A DNA stretch of 64,000 nt from the NCBI GenBank assembly GCA_002633005.1, contig NMRA01000141.1, positions 793,609 to 857,608 of the forward strand, given 5' to 3'. The position numbers and the translations under genes were made by a program. Source of the stretch: Phoronis australis. Lineage: Eukaryota > Animalia > Phoronida. Shown here piece by piece: positions 50,701 through 62,100 of the stretch (its first letter is position 1; each line of letters begins with the position of its first letter). The notes under the pieces were generated by a model. It had not been told where the DNA came from and ran no database searches. It saw only the letters and a list, made by a program, of their open reading frames with translations.

Positions 50701-53700
50701 ATGGTAAATCCCAAATCAAATAAACTATGGTGCTGTGTGCATATTATCTGCTAGCGTATACTTACTTAACCGTGACGAGCCATACAGAAATCCACCCACA
50801 AGGGCACTCCACCGGCAAAACTGGAAAAAGGCAGAACAGGTTTGAAAATCTGAAAATGAAACTGTCCTATGCCTACAGACCAATAACTCATCATGCAGAG
50901 GCAGAATATGGGACACGAGGAATACAAGGCATTCAGTAGTGAGGAGCAGCTGATGGTCTCAGTCACCTGCAAACATACGTGACACTGCCCTTTGTGGGTA
51001 AAAACAATTACTTAATAGACCTTTATACACATGAGGGGAAATGCGCGTGAGCATTCTTATAAGGGAATTTTTCACACGATGGGGACCCTTTCAGGCAAGA
51101 GATTGCAGACTAAGTTAAACTATGCAAGTAGGCGGGTTTGATTTACATTAAACAATGACATTTAATAGTGAAGAAACAGCAAAGAAGACCAATGTTTAAA
51201 GTCGCTATCAACCACGTTCTGGTGTTGAAAGCATCTATTGTCTCCACTAGCATATTTGTATTTACCAGTTGTCTGTACATTGCACACTAAATTGCCTGAA
51301 ATTCCTCAGACGGCCACACTGCAACAGAACCAAAACCTTGCGGGTGTGTTCTTACCGTGCTTGTTAACATGAGCACGGTAAGAACGGACTATAAGTTCTT
51401 CTCAAGCCCAGAAATCATTTCACAATCTGAGTAAGGAACATGGTGAGGCCTATTTTATAGCAGTGCATCACCAAAGTCAAAAGACTTTTGACAGCAGGCG
51501 CAGATTCATTGTCCTTTGATTGAATGACAGAAAGACCGATTGTCTTTGCCCTTGACTTACAGTTTAACTCATTCTTCTTGACAGCAATACATCACTCAAA
51601 TTGTTAAGAGCATCTCACCCAATGCTAGAGCGAGCAAAGCAAAATACCAATTTGATAAGAAACACATAAAAACAGTTTCAAATGATTTTCACTCGTCACT
51701 CGGACCTTCAGATGATGAGTATTGGCTACTCGCCTGATTATGCATACGGCTAGACAGTGCCACCGTCTTGACTGGCTGCAGAGACGGTGAAGCTCCCATA
51801 GGAGCTGGAAGCTCTTTGGCGAATTATGCCACACAGTGATTGTTAGTGACTTTTGCATATAGAAGCTAGACTCCTGCCAACCACTCGCCATTGGCGAATT
51901 CTGAATGGCACAGGCGATGTTAGACCTAAGTCTGATCGCCAACTTGGCGAGTTCGCAACAAATTCGCGGTCAAAGCACAAAAATCTTCCCAAAAAGCCGA
52001 TGCGTACTATCTATTATGTCCCACGGAAATAGCTGATTTGTCACGGAAAGTCACGACATCGATAACTCCACACTAAGCCAGACCATTTTGTAACCTTCCA
52101 TGATGTAACCTTTCATTTGTAACTCATCGGATAATTCTGTTCCGTACTTGACCTTGAACCGACTAGCGTGGGACAAAACAGATACTACGCATCGGCTTTT
52201 CAGGAGATTTTTGTGCTTTGACCGTGAATTTTTTGCTTACTCGCTGGAGCAGGACACCGTTAATGGTATTAGAAGAAAGAACAATTGCTCATGGTTTGTT
52301 GAATCCCTGTTTTGTGTAAATTTATTGACTTTTGTGTTTGATATGGATGGCTGAAGTGAAGCACCCGAGGACTTCATAGTCACGAGTGTCATACTTTGTA
52401 ATATAATAAATGTAGTGTATTGGGGATGATCAAAAGCTGAGAACACCTGTGGTTGGAAGTATACCGATCACATAGCTAGCACTTGCACACGCCTTTTATT
52501 GTACTTGCTTAGGCTTAAGCCACTGGATCGGTGTTCCCTTGATTTTGTTTAGTTCGATCACTGTCCATTTTCATAATAAAATGCATCTTCTGAAGTCAAA
52601 GGTGGTCGCTATACCTGATAACTGTAAACTGAAAGGGCTTTCCCAACTTCCAGCCAATGACAAGCCAATGCCAATGGTAATGACTGAATGTTATGCCGCC
52701 GGTTTCATTAATTTAACCAATGAGAAGCCATGTTAAACAGCATTTGACAGTGCTACCTTTCATAACACAGCGAAAGAGTGTAGGTGATGTTTTACTAAGA
52801 GTGTAGCATAATTCGCCGAAAAGCTTCTGGCGTATAGACTTTATTCACGCGGCGGACATTAAAATCTAAAGCGAGGCTCACTGCAATAAACAAAGCGGAA
52901 ATTTACATTGCGCGAGTTAAATGGCCGGTCTTTGGAGTCCAACCTGAATATTAAATCTTAAAAAATGTGTCAGTAATTAACCACAGAGACGTTGAAAAAT
53001 ACAGTTAAAGAACAAGTCAATGCACCAAAGAGTTGTCTGACGAAAGGATATAGTTTTTTCCGGAAAACTAAGTTCGAAACATGAAAAGTAAACATGACCA
53101 AATTGCGGCGATCGTAGTGTTACGGATTAGGTATCATGCTGAATGCAGGGTTACATTTCTTCTAATAAATTCTTAATAAAAATGCTTTCTACACGAACCA
53201 GGTCATCTGGTCGTATTGTTGACGAGTTGAAGATATATACGACAGTGGTGGCTCATAGCATTTTGCTGTCATGTGCAATTAGTCTCATCTGGTTTAATTT
53301 GTTGATCAAGAGTAGGCCTATTAGCTTTTAGCACAGCCTAGGTCCTGGTGAGGTAGGCACTACCGGGACTAACAGTTGATTTGTCATTGATCTGAAATAA
53401 TACTTGATGTTATTAAATATATATTTTGATTACGATAAAAAACCAGGCTCGCAATTGCCAGAAAATTATATGACCATCAATTCTGCTTTCTTGGTTTTAA
53501 TAATTAGGTCTATTTCATGTGTTATATTTTTCAAATATCAATCTCGACCAAGTTGAATTTTAAAATTATAACACCTAATTCTTTCGTCCAAAGCAAAATC
53601 TTGTTTTAGAGCTCAATTTCAGTTAACCGGACAGAACACAGAGGCAGATTTAGAGGGGAGCCAAGGGGTTATGCCCCAGCTCCCTAAAATTCTCCCAGAT

Positions 53701-55142
53701 TCCATTTGGCAGTTCAAGGGCGCGAATTTCTGACGGGCAAAATCCTGGCTAATACTCTGCCTTTCCCCCCCAACTCAAAGTCCTGGATCCCCCCTGGAAC
53801 AAGCATTGTTATCATGTTTCTTCAGAGGCCTCGTTCATATCCGAGGGGAAATGTGCCTCATGTGTGTACGGCCTTCTGAGAGGGGAACGTTTCGCCGAGT
53901 GACGGGTCAGTGAAAAATCTACTGACCTCCGGATCACCATCAATAGCACCCCGCCTTTTTGCAAGCTCTCATAGCTCTGTCTCAAGTAGCATTTTCAGTG
54001 GCTGATCTAGGATACCATATAGGCCTAGTGAGGGGGGCCCCCGACATCCTCGGAGAAGCGGGCAAAGCACGATTGTATGCACGCAGGCAGCCCGGAAGTT
54101 GCGGGCGCCGAGGATGTATACCTTCTGCTCAGGAAATCTGTCGTTGGACTAAAAAAAAATAAAACGGAACATGTTTTCCCCCCTCGTCCGCTACCGGTCC
54201 TAGCTCAAACTCAGTACAAGTTTCCTCCTGCTTCACGTTTTGCTGGTTTATTTTGCTTGCGGCAGTCAAGGGGGGGCAGGGGCCCGGCCCCCCCCCTAAA
54301 TCCGCCTATAATTTTGTACTTTTTCAAATTGTCACCTCTGTGGTCACAGGTGATTTGAACCATTGGAAAGAAATTTTCAATCACAAAGCCAAAGGGGATT
54401 TTTAGGCCTCGTGGCCGGGAATTTCGCGCGAGTTTTCAATATTTTTGATAGGGGAATAGGGCCGATATTTGGCCCCAAAATTGAGGGATTGAGGGCCCTG
54501 TCCTTTTTGTAAAGAAAAATGCATCGCGCTTTAACCAATAGTCATGAAAACACAGCCTGGCTGGCTGAAGATTCTCCAGTCCTCGTTCAGCTATGGCAGC
54601 ATCCAGTCCCAGATGCGACAAATTATGATTCGAAAACAACAATAAATTTTACATGGACATATTTTCCTTCGTTGCGGCATATGGCAAGGACCCAACGCTT
54701 CCAAATCGTCCTTAGGGATTGTAAAACAGAGTGTCCGTATTAATTTTTTTCTAGCTGTTCCAGCAACGCGGAGTACAACTACTCGGATAAGCCACCAGAG
54801 CTATCATAGCGAGCCTCGTTTTGGAACGCGCCTGCTGTCGGCGTGAATAGGGTCTATGAAGCTCCGTAGAGGAGCTTCACAAAGCTCCGCAGAGGAGCTT
54901 TTCACATTCTCTACTCGGCCATTCGACTTCGAGAGACGAGACGGTCGATGGCACAGTCTAGCACACTGAATGCGACCACATATTTTTGTGGACGCATAAA
55001 AATAAATGACAGTAAGACATTCAATCCTATAATGCTTTTACTCTAGTATACCTTAAATTTAAATTAACTACGTGCAACATCACACCAATAAACTTACTCG
55101 AATAAACGGAGAAACAGCTTTTGGTGCAGCGAGGGTGGCCAT
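47731..55142 (-). CDS. ATP5ME: Mitochondrial ATP synthase subunit e (ATP5I/ATP5ME), 83 aa
   Basis: Exons 55142-55098 MATLAAPKAVSPFIR, 50820-50766 FCRWSALVGGFLYGSSRL, 49149-49048 KSLSAKEEVLQVEIQRKKEERAARLAMERKNAET, 47780-47731 AELNALAKEVGLTPTQ*. VSPxIR-xxRWSAL, GxxxG TM motif and coiled-coil tail are typical of subunit e. Confidence 0.93.
48671..49015. mobile_element. hAT-like MITE with 5-bp TSD (ACTGA)
   Basis: CAGTGCCCTCAATC ... GATTGAGGCCCCTG, flanked by ACTGA; homologous to 53823-54500. Confidence 0.8.
50217..50283. repeat. 20-bp tandem repeat, about 3.3 copies
   Basis: CTTGTGAAGTCATGCATAGT repeated. Confidence 0.85.
53639..53796. mobile_element. hAT-like MITE, 158 bp, with 5-bp TSD (GAACA)
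   Basis: CAGAGGCAGATTTAG ... CTGGATCCCCCCTG, flanked by GAACA on both sides. Confidence 0.8.
53823..54500. mobile_element. hAT-like MITE (family of 48671-49015) interrupted by a younger MITE
   Basis: CAGAGGCCTCG ... GATTGAGGGCCCTG, flanks TTCTT / TCCTT. Colinear with 48671-49015 once 53996-54310 is removed. Confidence 0.75.
53996..54310. mobile_element. hAT-like MITE with 5-bp TSD (ATTTT), nested
   Basis: CAGTGGCTGATCTAGG ... CCTAAATCCGCCTATA, flanked by ATTTT; same termini as 28935-29147. Confidence 0.8.
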
Positions 55143-55344
55143 TTTCACAATCTCGAGAAAGTCTCGAGGTGACGAGAATAAATCTTTGTTAAATTATTCA
55201 AAGAATATGATTATTGGACATGTAGTTAAGACAATTCATCAATGAAAATAATATAGTGGTCCAGTTTGATCTATATCTTTGTTTTTTTACAAATAATAAA
55301 AAATATTGACCTTCACCCTTTGTCTGCATCAGTTGTTTTCAACG
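55143..55344. promoter_or_regulatory. Compact bidirectional promoter, ATP5ME / GPAT3/4
   Basis: 202 bp between divergent ATGs. YY1-like AAAATGGC overlaps the ATP5ME ATG; tandem TCTCGAG palindromes at 55151-55168. Confidence 0.7.
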
Positions 55345-55494
55345 ATGGCAGTGGAGCAGTTGGTCATCGCGTTAGTTTCTCTGGCTTTTGCACCTGGTGT
55401 CTTACTTCTATTTCTTACAATCATCCTAGCTTCATTGGGAAGATCGGTTGGTTTAAGAAAACTGTACGTCGACACTCTCTTAAAAATATTTGAG
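55345..55494 (+). CDS. GPAT4: Glycerol-3-phosphate acyltransferase 3/4 (AGPAT6/9 family), first coding exon; remainder not found in window
   Basis: MAVEQLVIALVSLAFAPGVLLLFLTIILASLGRSVGLRKLYVDTLLKIFE followed by a GTGAGT donor. Matches the GPAT3/4 N-terminal TM plus G.S.G.RKLY...LLKIF motif. Confidence 0.82.
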
Positions 55495-55565
55495 GTGAGT
55501 ACAGTTTCACGGACCGCTATCCGACCAGTCGCTCACTCGTCGAACTCGAAGCCGAAGGCATGTGC

Positions 55566-58285
55566 CTAGCACAGGCGTCCTCAGCTTCTGATCGGGTGCT
55601 TCACTTCATCCGTCCATAGCAAACACAAAACGCTATAAATTTACTCAAAAAAGTAGCCAGCCAGCTAGCTACATGTGACTATGAAGACAACCGTCAAAAT
55701 ACAGCTAGGACTAGGTACCACTGCATTTGTGTTAATCTTCCGTAGTCCCGAAATTGTACACAGGCAGGGTAGTTTTGCTCGTTACCTCACCGTGAAACTT
55801 GTTTCAACATGTAAAGCTAAAAACCAGACAGGGTACATGCAAAATCTGGGATAGTCAACCGACACTCACCTTGCCCGTTACAACCATTTAAGTGAAAAAC
55901 TATGCAACAAACGTCATTTTCTTGCATCATTCTCGACCTTTTGTAACAAGTCTGTTGTAGTTTTGAAAACAGTACGCTAGTGTCACGCGAATGCATCATT
56001 TCCTAAATTTTTGCAACAATTTTGCAGCAGCAAAATTTGTTCCGAAATTCGTTTTTTTTCGATATCGAAATTCTAAAACTTATAATGAAGTGAAACCAGC
56101 TCTAATAATTTGTTGTGACGTGTACGCAACCTCGTGAAAGAACAACAGTTGAGTGAAGAATCGGCGAAAAAAGAAACTGGCCAAAGGGTGATGCACTATT
56201 TCGTGGCGCCGAAAGCCGACGCAGAAGGTCGCTCCACAACTTTAGCAGCAGAATAACGATAGAACGCCATTTTTTCCAACACCGTTAAATAATTTAGTTT
56301 ATTCAAGGAAGACTGTAGTTTTCAATGGCACTAATGTTGTGTCAGATTTTATCTTACCACTTTTTTACCCACATCGGTGCAAAGCTGTATATTTGGTATA
56401 CAACTTTGTACCAAGGATAACAAAACAGGAGTTCAACAAACCATGAGGAATTATTCTTTCTCCCAATACCATTTACGGTGTCCTGCTCCACGGAGTTCTT
56501 AAGAGATTCGCAGTCAAAGCACAAAAAGCCCATCCGGAGCAACTCCCTTGTCCCATGTGAGTTGGTACGGAATTATCCAATGAGTTACGGATGAACGACA
56601 ATTGTCAATTTGCCAGATTGCGTAAAAGATTTTGATAGCGTAACCTTCCGTGACAAATCGGCAATTGCCGTTCATCTGTAACTCATCGGATAATTCCGTA
56701 CCGACTCGCGTGGGACACGGGAGTTGCTCCGAAGGGGGTTTTTGGGAAAATATTTCTGCTTTGACCGCAAGTCTCTTGCGAACTCAGTGGAGCAGGACAC
56801 CGTAAATGGTATTGTGAGAAAGAACAATTCCTCATGGTTTGTTGAGCACCCGCTTTGTGTAAATTTATAGAGTTTGGTGTTTGCTATGGATGGCTGAAAT
56901 GAAGCACCCGCGGAATTTCTAGTCCGGAGTGTCATACCTTGTAGTATAATGTATTGGGGACGATCAGAAGCTGAGGACGCATGTGGTGCTAGGAAATTAT
57001 ATCGCCCTGAATGCAGCAGGCATACAAGAGTGATAGTATATCACCATAAAAAGTTACTCATTTCAAAATACAGCTAATAAAATCGAATGAAACATGCATA
57101 TATATGATCATAGAGTTATAATTAACTCATACCATGACTCTGAATACAATTTAGTCAACATAACTTGAACATAACATATCCATAAAAATCGAGTTTCTCT
57201 CACCGCGTGACATTTTGAGGATGTTACATGAAATCAAGCCTGTTGACGAACAAAGAGTCTAATGGACACAAATCTAACAAATTTCACCTGATATCTTTCC
57301 ATGCTATTTTTCAAGTGTCGCGCGCCACATCACGCGCTTTGCTCAGTCTCGGGGCTAGCCTTTACCTAATGATCGTGACGCATTCAAAATATTTTGTGGT
57401 TATCGCGTATACGCAGAAAGTTAACAGTGACCAAAAAGAAGAGTTGAAATTCTTAGCCAAAGTCACCTTAATTGTCGTAACTAAGCTTCATCGAAGATAT
57501 GTGCAGAAGTAGAAAGGACCACTGAGGGCTGTTCCAGCAAAGTCTGTGTGGGAGGGGGGGGAAGGCAACTGAAATAAAAAATTATGGGTGGTTGCATTTG
57601 ATTTAAATTCAAAATGGCTGGTGGTCGTACTTCAAAAAAATAAAAATTTACAGGTCGTTGTTGTTTCATTGGGCCATAAATGTTTGATGGTGGGTAATTT
57701 TAGTAAATTTTATAAACAATCCCCACAGAATCAAAAACTGAAACAAAAATGCAACTTGCAAAAAGCTCCGACTTTTTCACTCCCTTCGATCTCCTCATCG
57801 GCATGCCCATAACACCATTTAACCACAGGTGCTCGAATTTCTCGATGGCTAATAACCATATATAAGAAATGTATGTTTTCTTAGTAATGAATGACGTTAG
57901 TGGTGATGGAGGAACAGATAAACTCAAGCGCCTGTGCAGTCAACCACAAGAACAAAAAAAATTACGGGTGGTTGCATTTCAAAGTTATAAAAAATTACGG
58001 GTGGTAGGCTGAAGAAATAAATGAAAAATATGGGTGGTGGGTGCGAAATAAAGGTGCCTTCCCCCCTCCCATACAGATTTTAGTGGAACAGCCCTGAAGA
58101 AAGTAAGCACTTTTTAAAGTGATAGTTTTAAGTGTGGAATGTATTTTTGATGAGGTGAAAAGTCTCAATCGATGAGCCGATTTCGCCTACAGCCTGTTTA
58201 AAATAAACAAGACGAAATTAGTACAGAAAGCGATTGGAAGTATTGTAGCCCCTAATTGGCCAACCAAGGGGCTACGTGTTGCCTA
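55566..58285 (+). mobile_element. Composite repeat: foldback family C (55566-56993) followed by family B (56994-58285)
   Basis: CACAGGCGTCCTCAGCTTCTGATC at 55570 is inverted at 56963-56986; inner inverted arms 56420-56590 / 56680-56860; the B part matches 8230-9000. Confidence 0.7.
57526..58094. mobile_element. Complete Harbinger-like MITE (569 bp) with TGA TSD, nested in family B
   Basis: TGA|GGGCTGTTCCAG...TGGAACAGCCC|TGA. The homologous empty site GGACCAATGAAGAAAG is at ~8784-8799. Confidence 0.85.
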
Positions 58286-58311
58286 CGCCTGTGCCTGTGC
58301 CTGGTACAGAT

Positions 58312-59103
58312 TGGCAACACATAGTGTCTTGGCTGGTTCTACAGGGTCTACAATACTCCCCATCACTTTCTGTATTAATATCATCACGTGTATTTTAAAC
58401 TGGCGGTAGTCCTAATCTGGTAACCGAGTAAAAAGTTTTCACCACATCAAAAATACGTTTTACGTTTTTCAAGTTCAACAATCCTTTTTAGTTTTACACA
58501 TATCTTCGATGAAGCATGTCTATGGGAATTAAGGTGACTTTGGTGAAGAATTCCAACTCCACTTTTTTGGTCACCCATTAAGTTTTTCACCACGTGCGAT
58601 AACCATGAAATATTTCAATGATGCCGTGTGAGTGACACAACGACAAGCACGAGATTGAATAAAGCGCGTTACTTTGCACGTGACAGTTGCAAAATTCTCT
58701 ATGGTAGTTTTTGCAAGTGTCAATTGCCAAGTCATGTGCTCCGCTCATTCTCTTATTGTGGCCTTACTCGCGTGACTTTAATTGAAGTATTTTGTGGTTA
58801 TCGTACACAATGACAATGTCAACGGTTATCAGAAAAGTGGAGTTGGAATTCTTTGCCAAAGTCATCTTCCCATAGGCATGCTTCACCAAGGATATGCATA
58901 GAACCAGAAAGGATTGTTGAAAAAAGTAAATTAGCCCTTTTTAAGTGCAAAATTTATACTTGACGAAGTAAAAACCTCTTATTGGGTGACAGGATTTGGA
59001 CTACCAGTTGTTTGAAATACACCGGGATGAGATTAGTACACAGACTGATGGAATGTTGTAACCTCTCGCCAGCCAGCCAAGAGGCTACTTGTATGTGTTG
59101 CTT
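58312..59103. mobile_element. Palindromic MITE built from two inverted copies of the family-B right end
   Basis: 58312-58620 is the reverse complement of the B terminus and 58790-59103 is the forward copy. Possible AGAT flanking duplication. Confidence 0.65.
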
Positions 59104-62100
59104 AGATCCTCGCTGACGATGATATCTAAGGCTAAGAAACCGTTGTTGTCACTGAATCTCAACACTGCTCAACTGTCTGAACTGATGTTTTTTGCTTCAA
59201 TGAAATTGTCATCATCTTCTGAATTGTGTCACTAAAAAATTAGTGATGGCGTGTGCCACGAGCGCAATGTTTCAAAGTTGACAGACATTTCGTTGTTACA
59301 AAAGCTGGAGAATTGTGCAAGAAAATGACGTTCATTAGATTGTTTCCACTTAAACGGTTGTAACGGGCAAATTGAATGTTTGCTTGACTTTCAATTTTGT
59401 ATGCAGGCCTACAGGTCATTAGCTCCACATATTCATGTAAGTTTCCTGGTTTGAGGTCTATGTGAGGTAAACACACAGTCATTCCTAGCTATAGTTTGAC
59501 GATTGTCCTCATACAGCTACCTTGTTGTCTAGGAATTTATGAAGACAAAAAATGACTTAATCAGTGATTTAAGTTCAATTTTTCAGTTCTCTACAACTCA
59601 AATTACACCAAAATGTAACTCGCCCAACTGTTTGTATTTTTGTATCTCCAACATTCAACTCCCTGACCCTTCCTTATTTTCCATTAGGACCAGACAGCAG
59701 CATACAAGGTTTCTGGTCTGCGACACCCTACTACATTATATACTTGAAGTCAAGGTCTTAAGTCAAAGGTCACCAGATGGCACTGAGATTGGGTTAAGAA
59801 ACGATCTAAATTCAACAGGCATCAGGTGGCTTTCCTTTTCAAAATATGGACAGCAGACCTGGGAGAACCAATTATTCTACTTTTTGGTCTTGCGTTTGTT
59901 TAAAAGCAACACAATCTGATAAGCGCCACTTACTTTCATCATACTTCCACTTTTGCAACTTGAGGAAAAGTCTGTTGTCGACTTTAAAACGCTTTGCTTT
60001 TGACACATGAAAGCTCCAGCCTCTTGTCTTTTGTTATTGTCAAAGTGATTTAAGCTAGGAATTGTCAGTGACAACATTTACAAAGCGATATTGGATGAAA
60101 ATTGATAATTAAGTGGTCTCGAATTACACCAAAGTGAAATCAATCTGTGCACTTGTTTTACCTACTTGTGACACATAACCTTGTGAATGGAGAATTGGTT
60201 AGATTGGAAATTGACCTATAAGCCATGGTGATGCTCTATTGTGACTGAATACCCAGGTGGTGTTAAATTACAGTGTCTGCCAGACAGTGTAATTGAACAG
60301 TCTATCCTGAGTATTTACCATGATGTTTCACCTGTAGGACCAGTGCCTGTGAACCAGGGAGAAAGTGCAACTCCTGTTAGTAATTTTTTGCATATTCCGC
60401 TAAAAGAAGTTAATTATTTAGTTACTGTTGAAAAGCAAGTTGACATTACTTATTATATTACGTCAAAACAAGGAAGCCCAGTATTAAAAAACCTGGCAAC
60501 AGTCGAAAGTGGAAACACAAGATATCTGAATTGAAAAATCGGCAAAGTTGGCAGTATTCTGTACAACACCTTAGCTCACCCGATCACATAACATGTCTTT
60601 AAACTCGTTATTTATGAGTCAAATATACGAGTTGATTGGGTATACTTCTATAGACTTCAACAATGTGGCAAATCAAATTATCTTTATCGGCCATTTTCAA
60701 GTTTTTGGATTTTTGACGCTTTTGGCAATTTTTAACTTTGATTTTTTTAACGCAGGGGTAAATTTATTTGCACAAATTTTAAACTTGATTTATGATCAGT
60801 AGCTGAGAGGATCGAGTCTCAGATTTTTGATTTACCTCGAGTCCTAAAAACGGAGAAATCTGTTATCATGAACTGATGCCTGATTTCCCTGTTGTTTTCG
60901 GTTCAATAAAAACTCTGAGGTTTCCTTGAATATGAACTGAAAACAGATACATGTTAAAGTTTCTTCTAATTAGAATACAATATGGCGGAATAGTAAAATG
61001 TTGTTTATCAAAATTTTCAACAATAGTAACTAAAAGACGATTTTACTTGATTATTTGAAAACTTTTATATAGTATGGTTGTCATCAAGAAATACAGAATA
61101 AAATTTTGAACATTTTTGGCTGTACAGTGAACGTTTGAAAAATGAAAAAAGTAAAAATTTTGGCCATTCTTTTCGATCAAATCAGACGTAGTCTAACACA
61201 AAATTGCCTGCAGTTGACTGTTGAGGTTTTTTGAAAAATAGAGCACTTTTCACAAAAATGATGGTCATGGGATTGTAAACGTTCATGTGACGTTTGAAGG
61301 CATGGGTTCAGATTATTCCCTTGTTGAACATCCAGAAACTATAAGCTCTGTGAGTTGACAGTGGACAATTGAAAAGTTATTTGATGGAACAGGAAGGGAA
61401 GGTTGACAAATACTTCTGCCATCCTGTAGTCCTGTAGTTTACATGAAGTGTCAGCTTGCACAGAAACTGTCTGGACTGCACATAAACCCTCTATTGATAA
61501 GATACTGTTAGTAGGCAGTTGTGATAAACATGTTATGTAAGAATTTGATAGCTGCATTTCACACAGTTACCTGGATTCCTGTGTGTGCAGATCTTTATCT
61601 ATTATTAGTTGTAATGTCAGTATCTTGAAGTCCTAATAAATGTCTGAACAAATCTAGATGCAAATTGAGCCTCATGAGAGTTGTGATTTATTAGGTTATC
61701 AGTCAATGAACCTCATTTTTACAGGAAACAAAATAAAAAATGAGATGCCATAATCATGCAGGTGTTTACGATTGAGAGAGCAGAGAACCATAAAAGCATT
61801 ATTATTGTACAAGTGAAATGTTTTATGCTTAAATCGTATTTAGACAAAAGCATTGTTTTTCATTTTGAAATTTCATTTGGAATTTTTCTCGACTAGCAAT
61901 TACATTTTTTCAAATAATAATTTTGGTCAATGAATATTCAAGTAAAAACCCAGCTTCAACTTAAGGTAATTAATACATTAAACGACCTAGTGACTGAAGT
62001 CCACCAAGGCTTGCTCAAAACACCTTGTTGGTCATGGTAGCATTCATATGAAAATATTGGCAGGTGCTTTAGGCGAGTCATTGATTTCCTACTCAGCGTT

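Larger units (their letters stand above)
52836..54855. mobile_element. TIR element with AT target duplication (ISL2EU-like)
   Basis: AT|AGACTTTATTCACGCGGCGG ... CTGTCGGCGTGAATAGGGTCT|AT. Removing it restores the host motif AAGCTTCTGGC-TATG-AG seen in reverse at ~24746-24764. Confidence 0.6.
51751..54960. mobile_element. Outer TIR element (TAGAC(A/T)GTGCCA termini) hosting nested insertions in ATP5ME intron 1
   Basis: TAGACAGTGCCACCGTC...GAAGCTCCCATAGGAGCT at the left end is mirrored by AGCTCC...GGAGCTT...GACGGTCGATGGCACAGTCTA at the right end. TSD not resolved. Confidence 0.55.
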
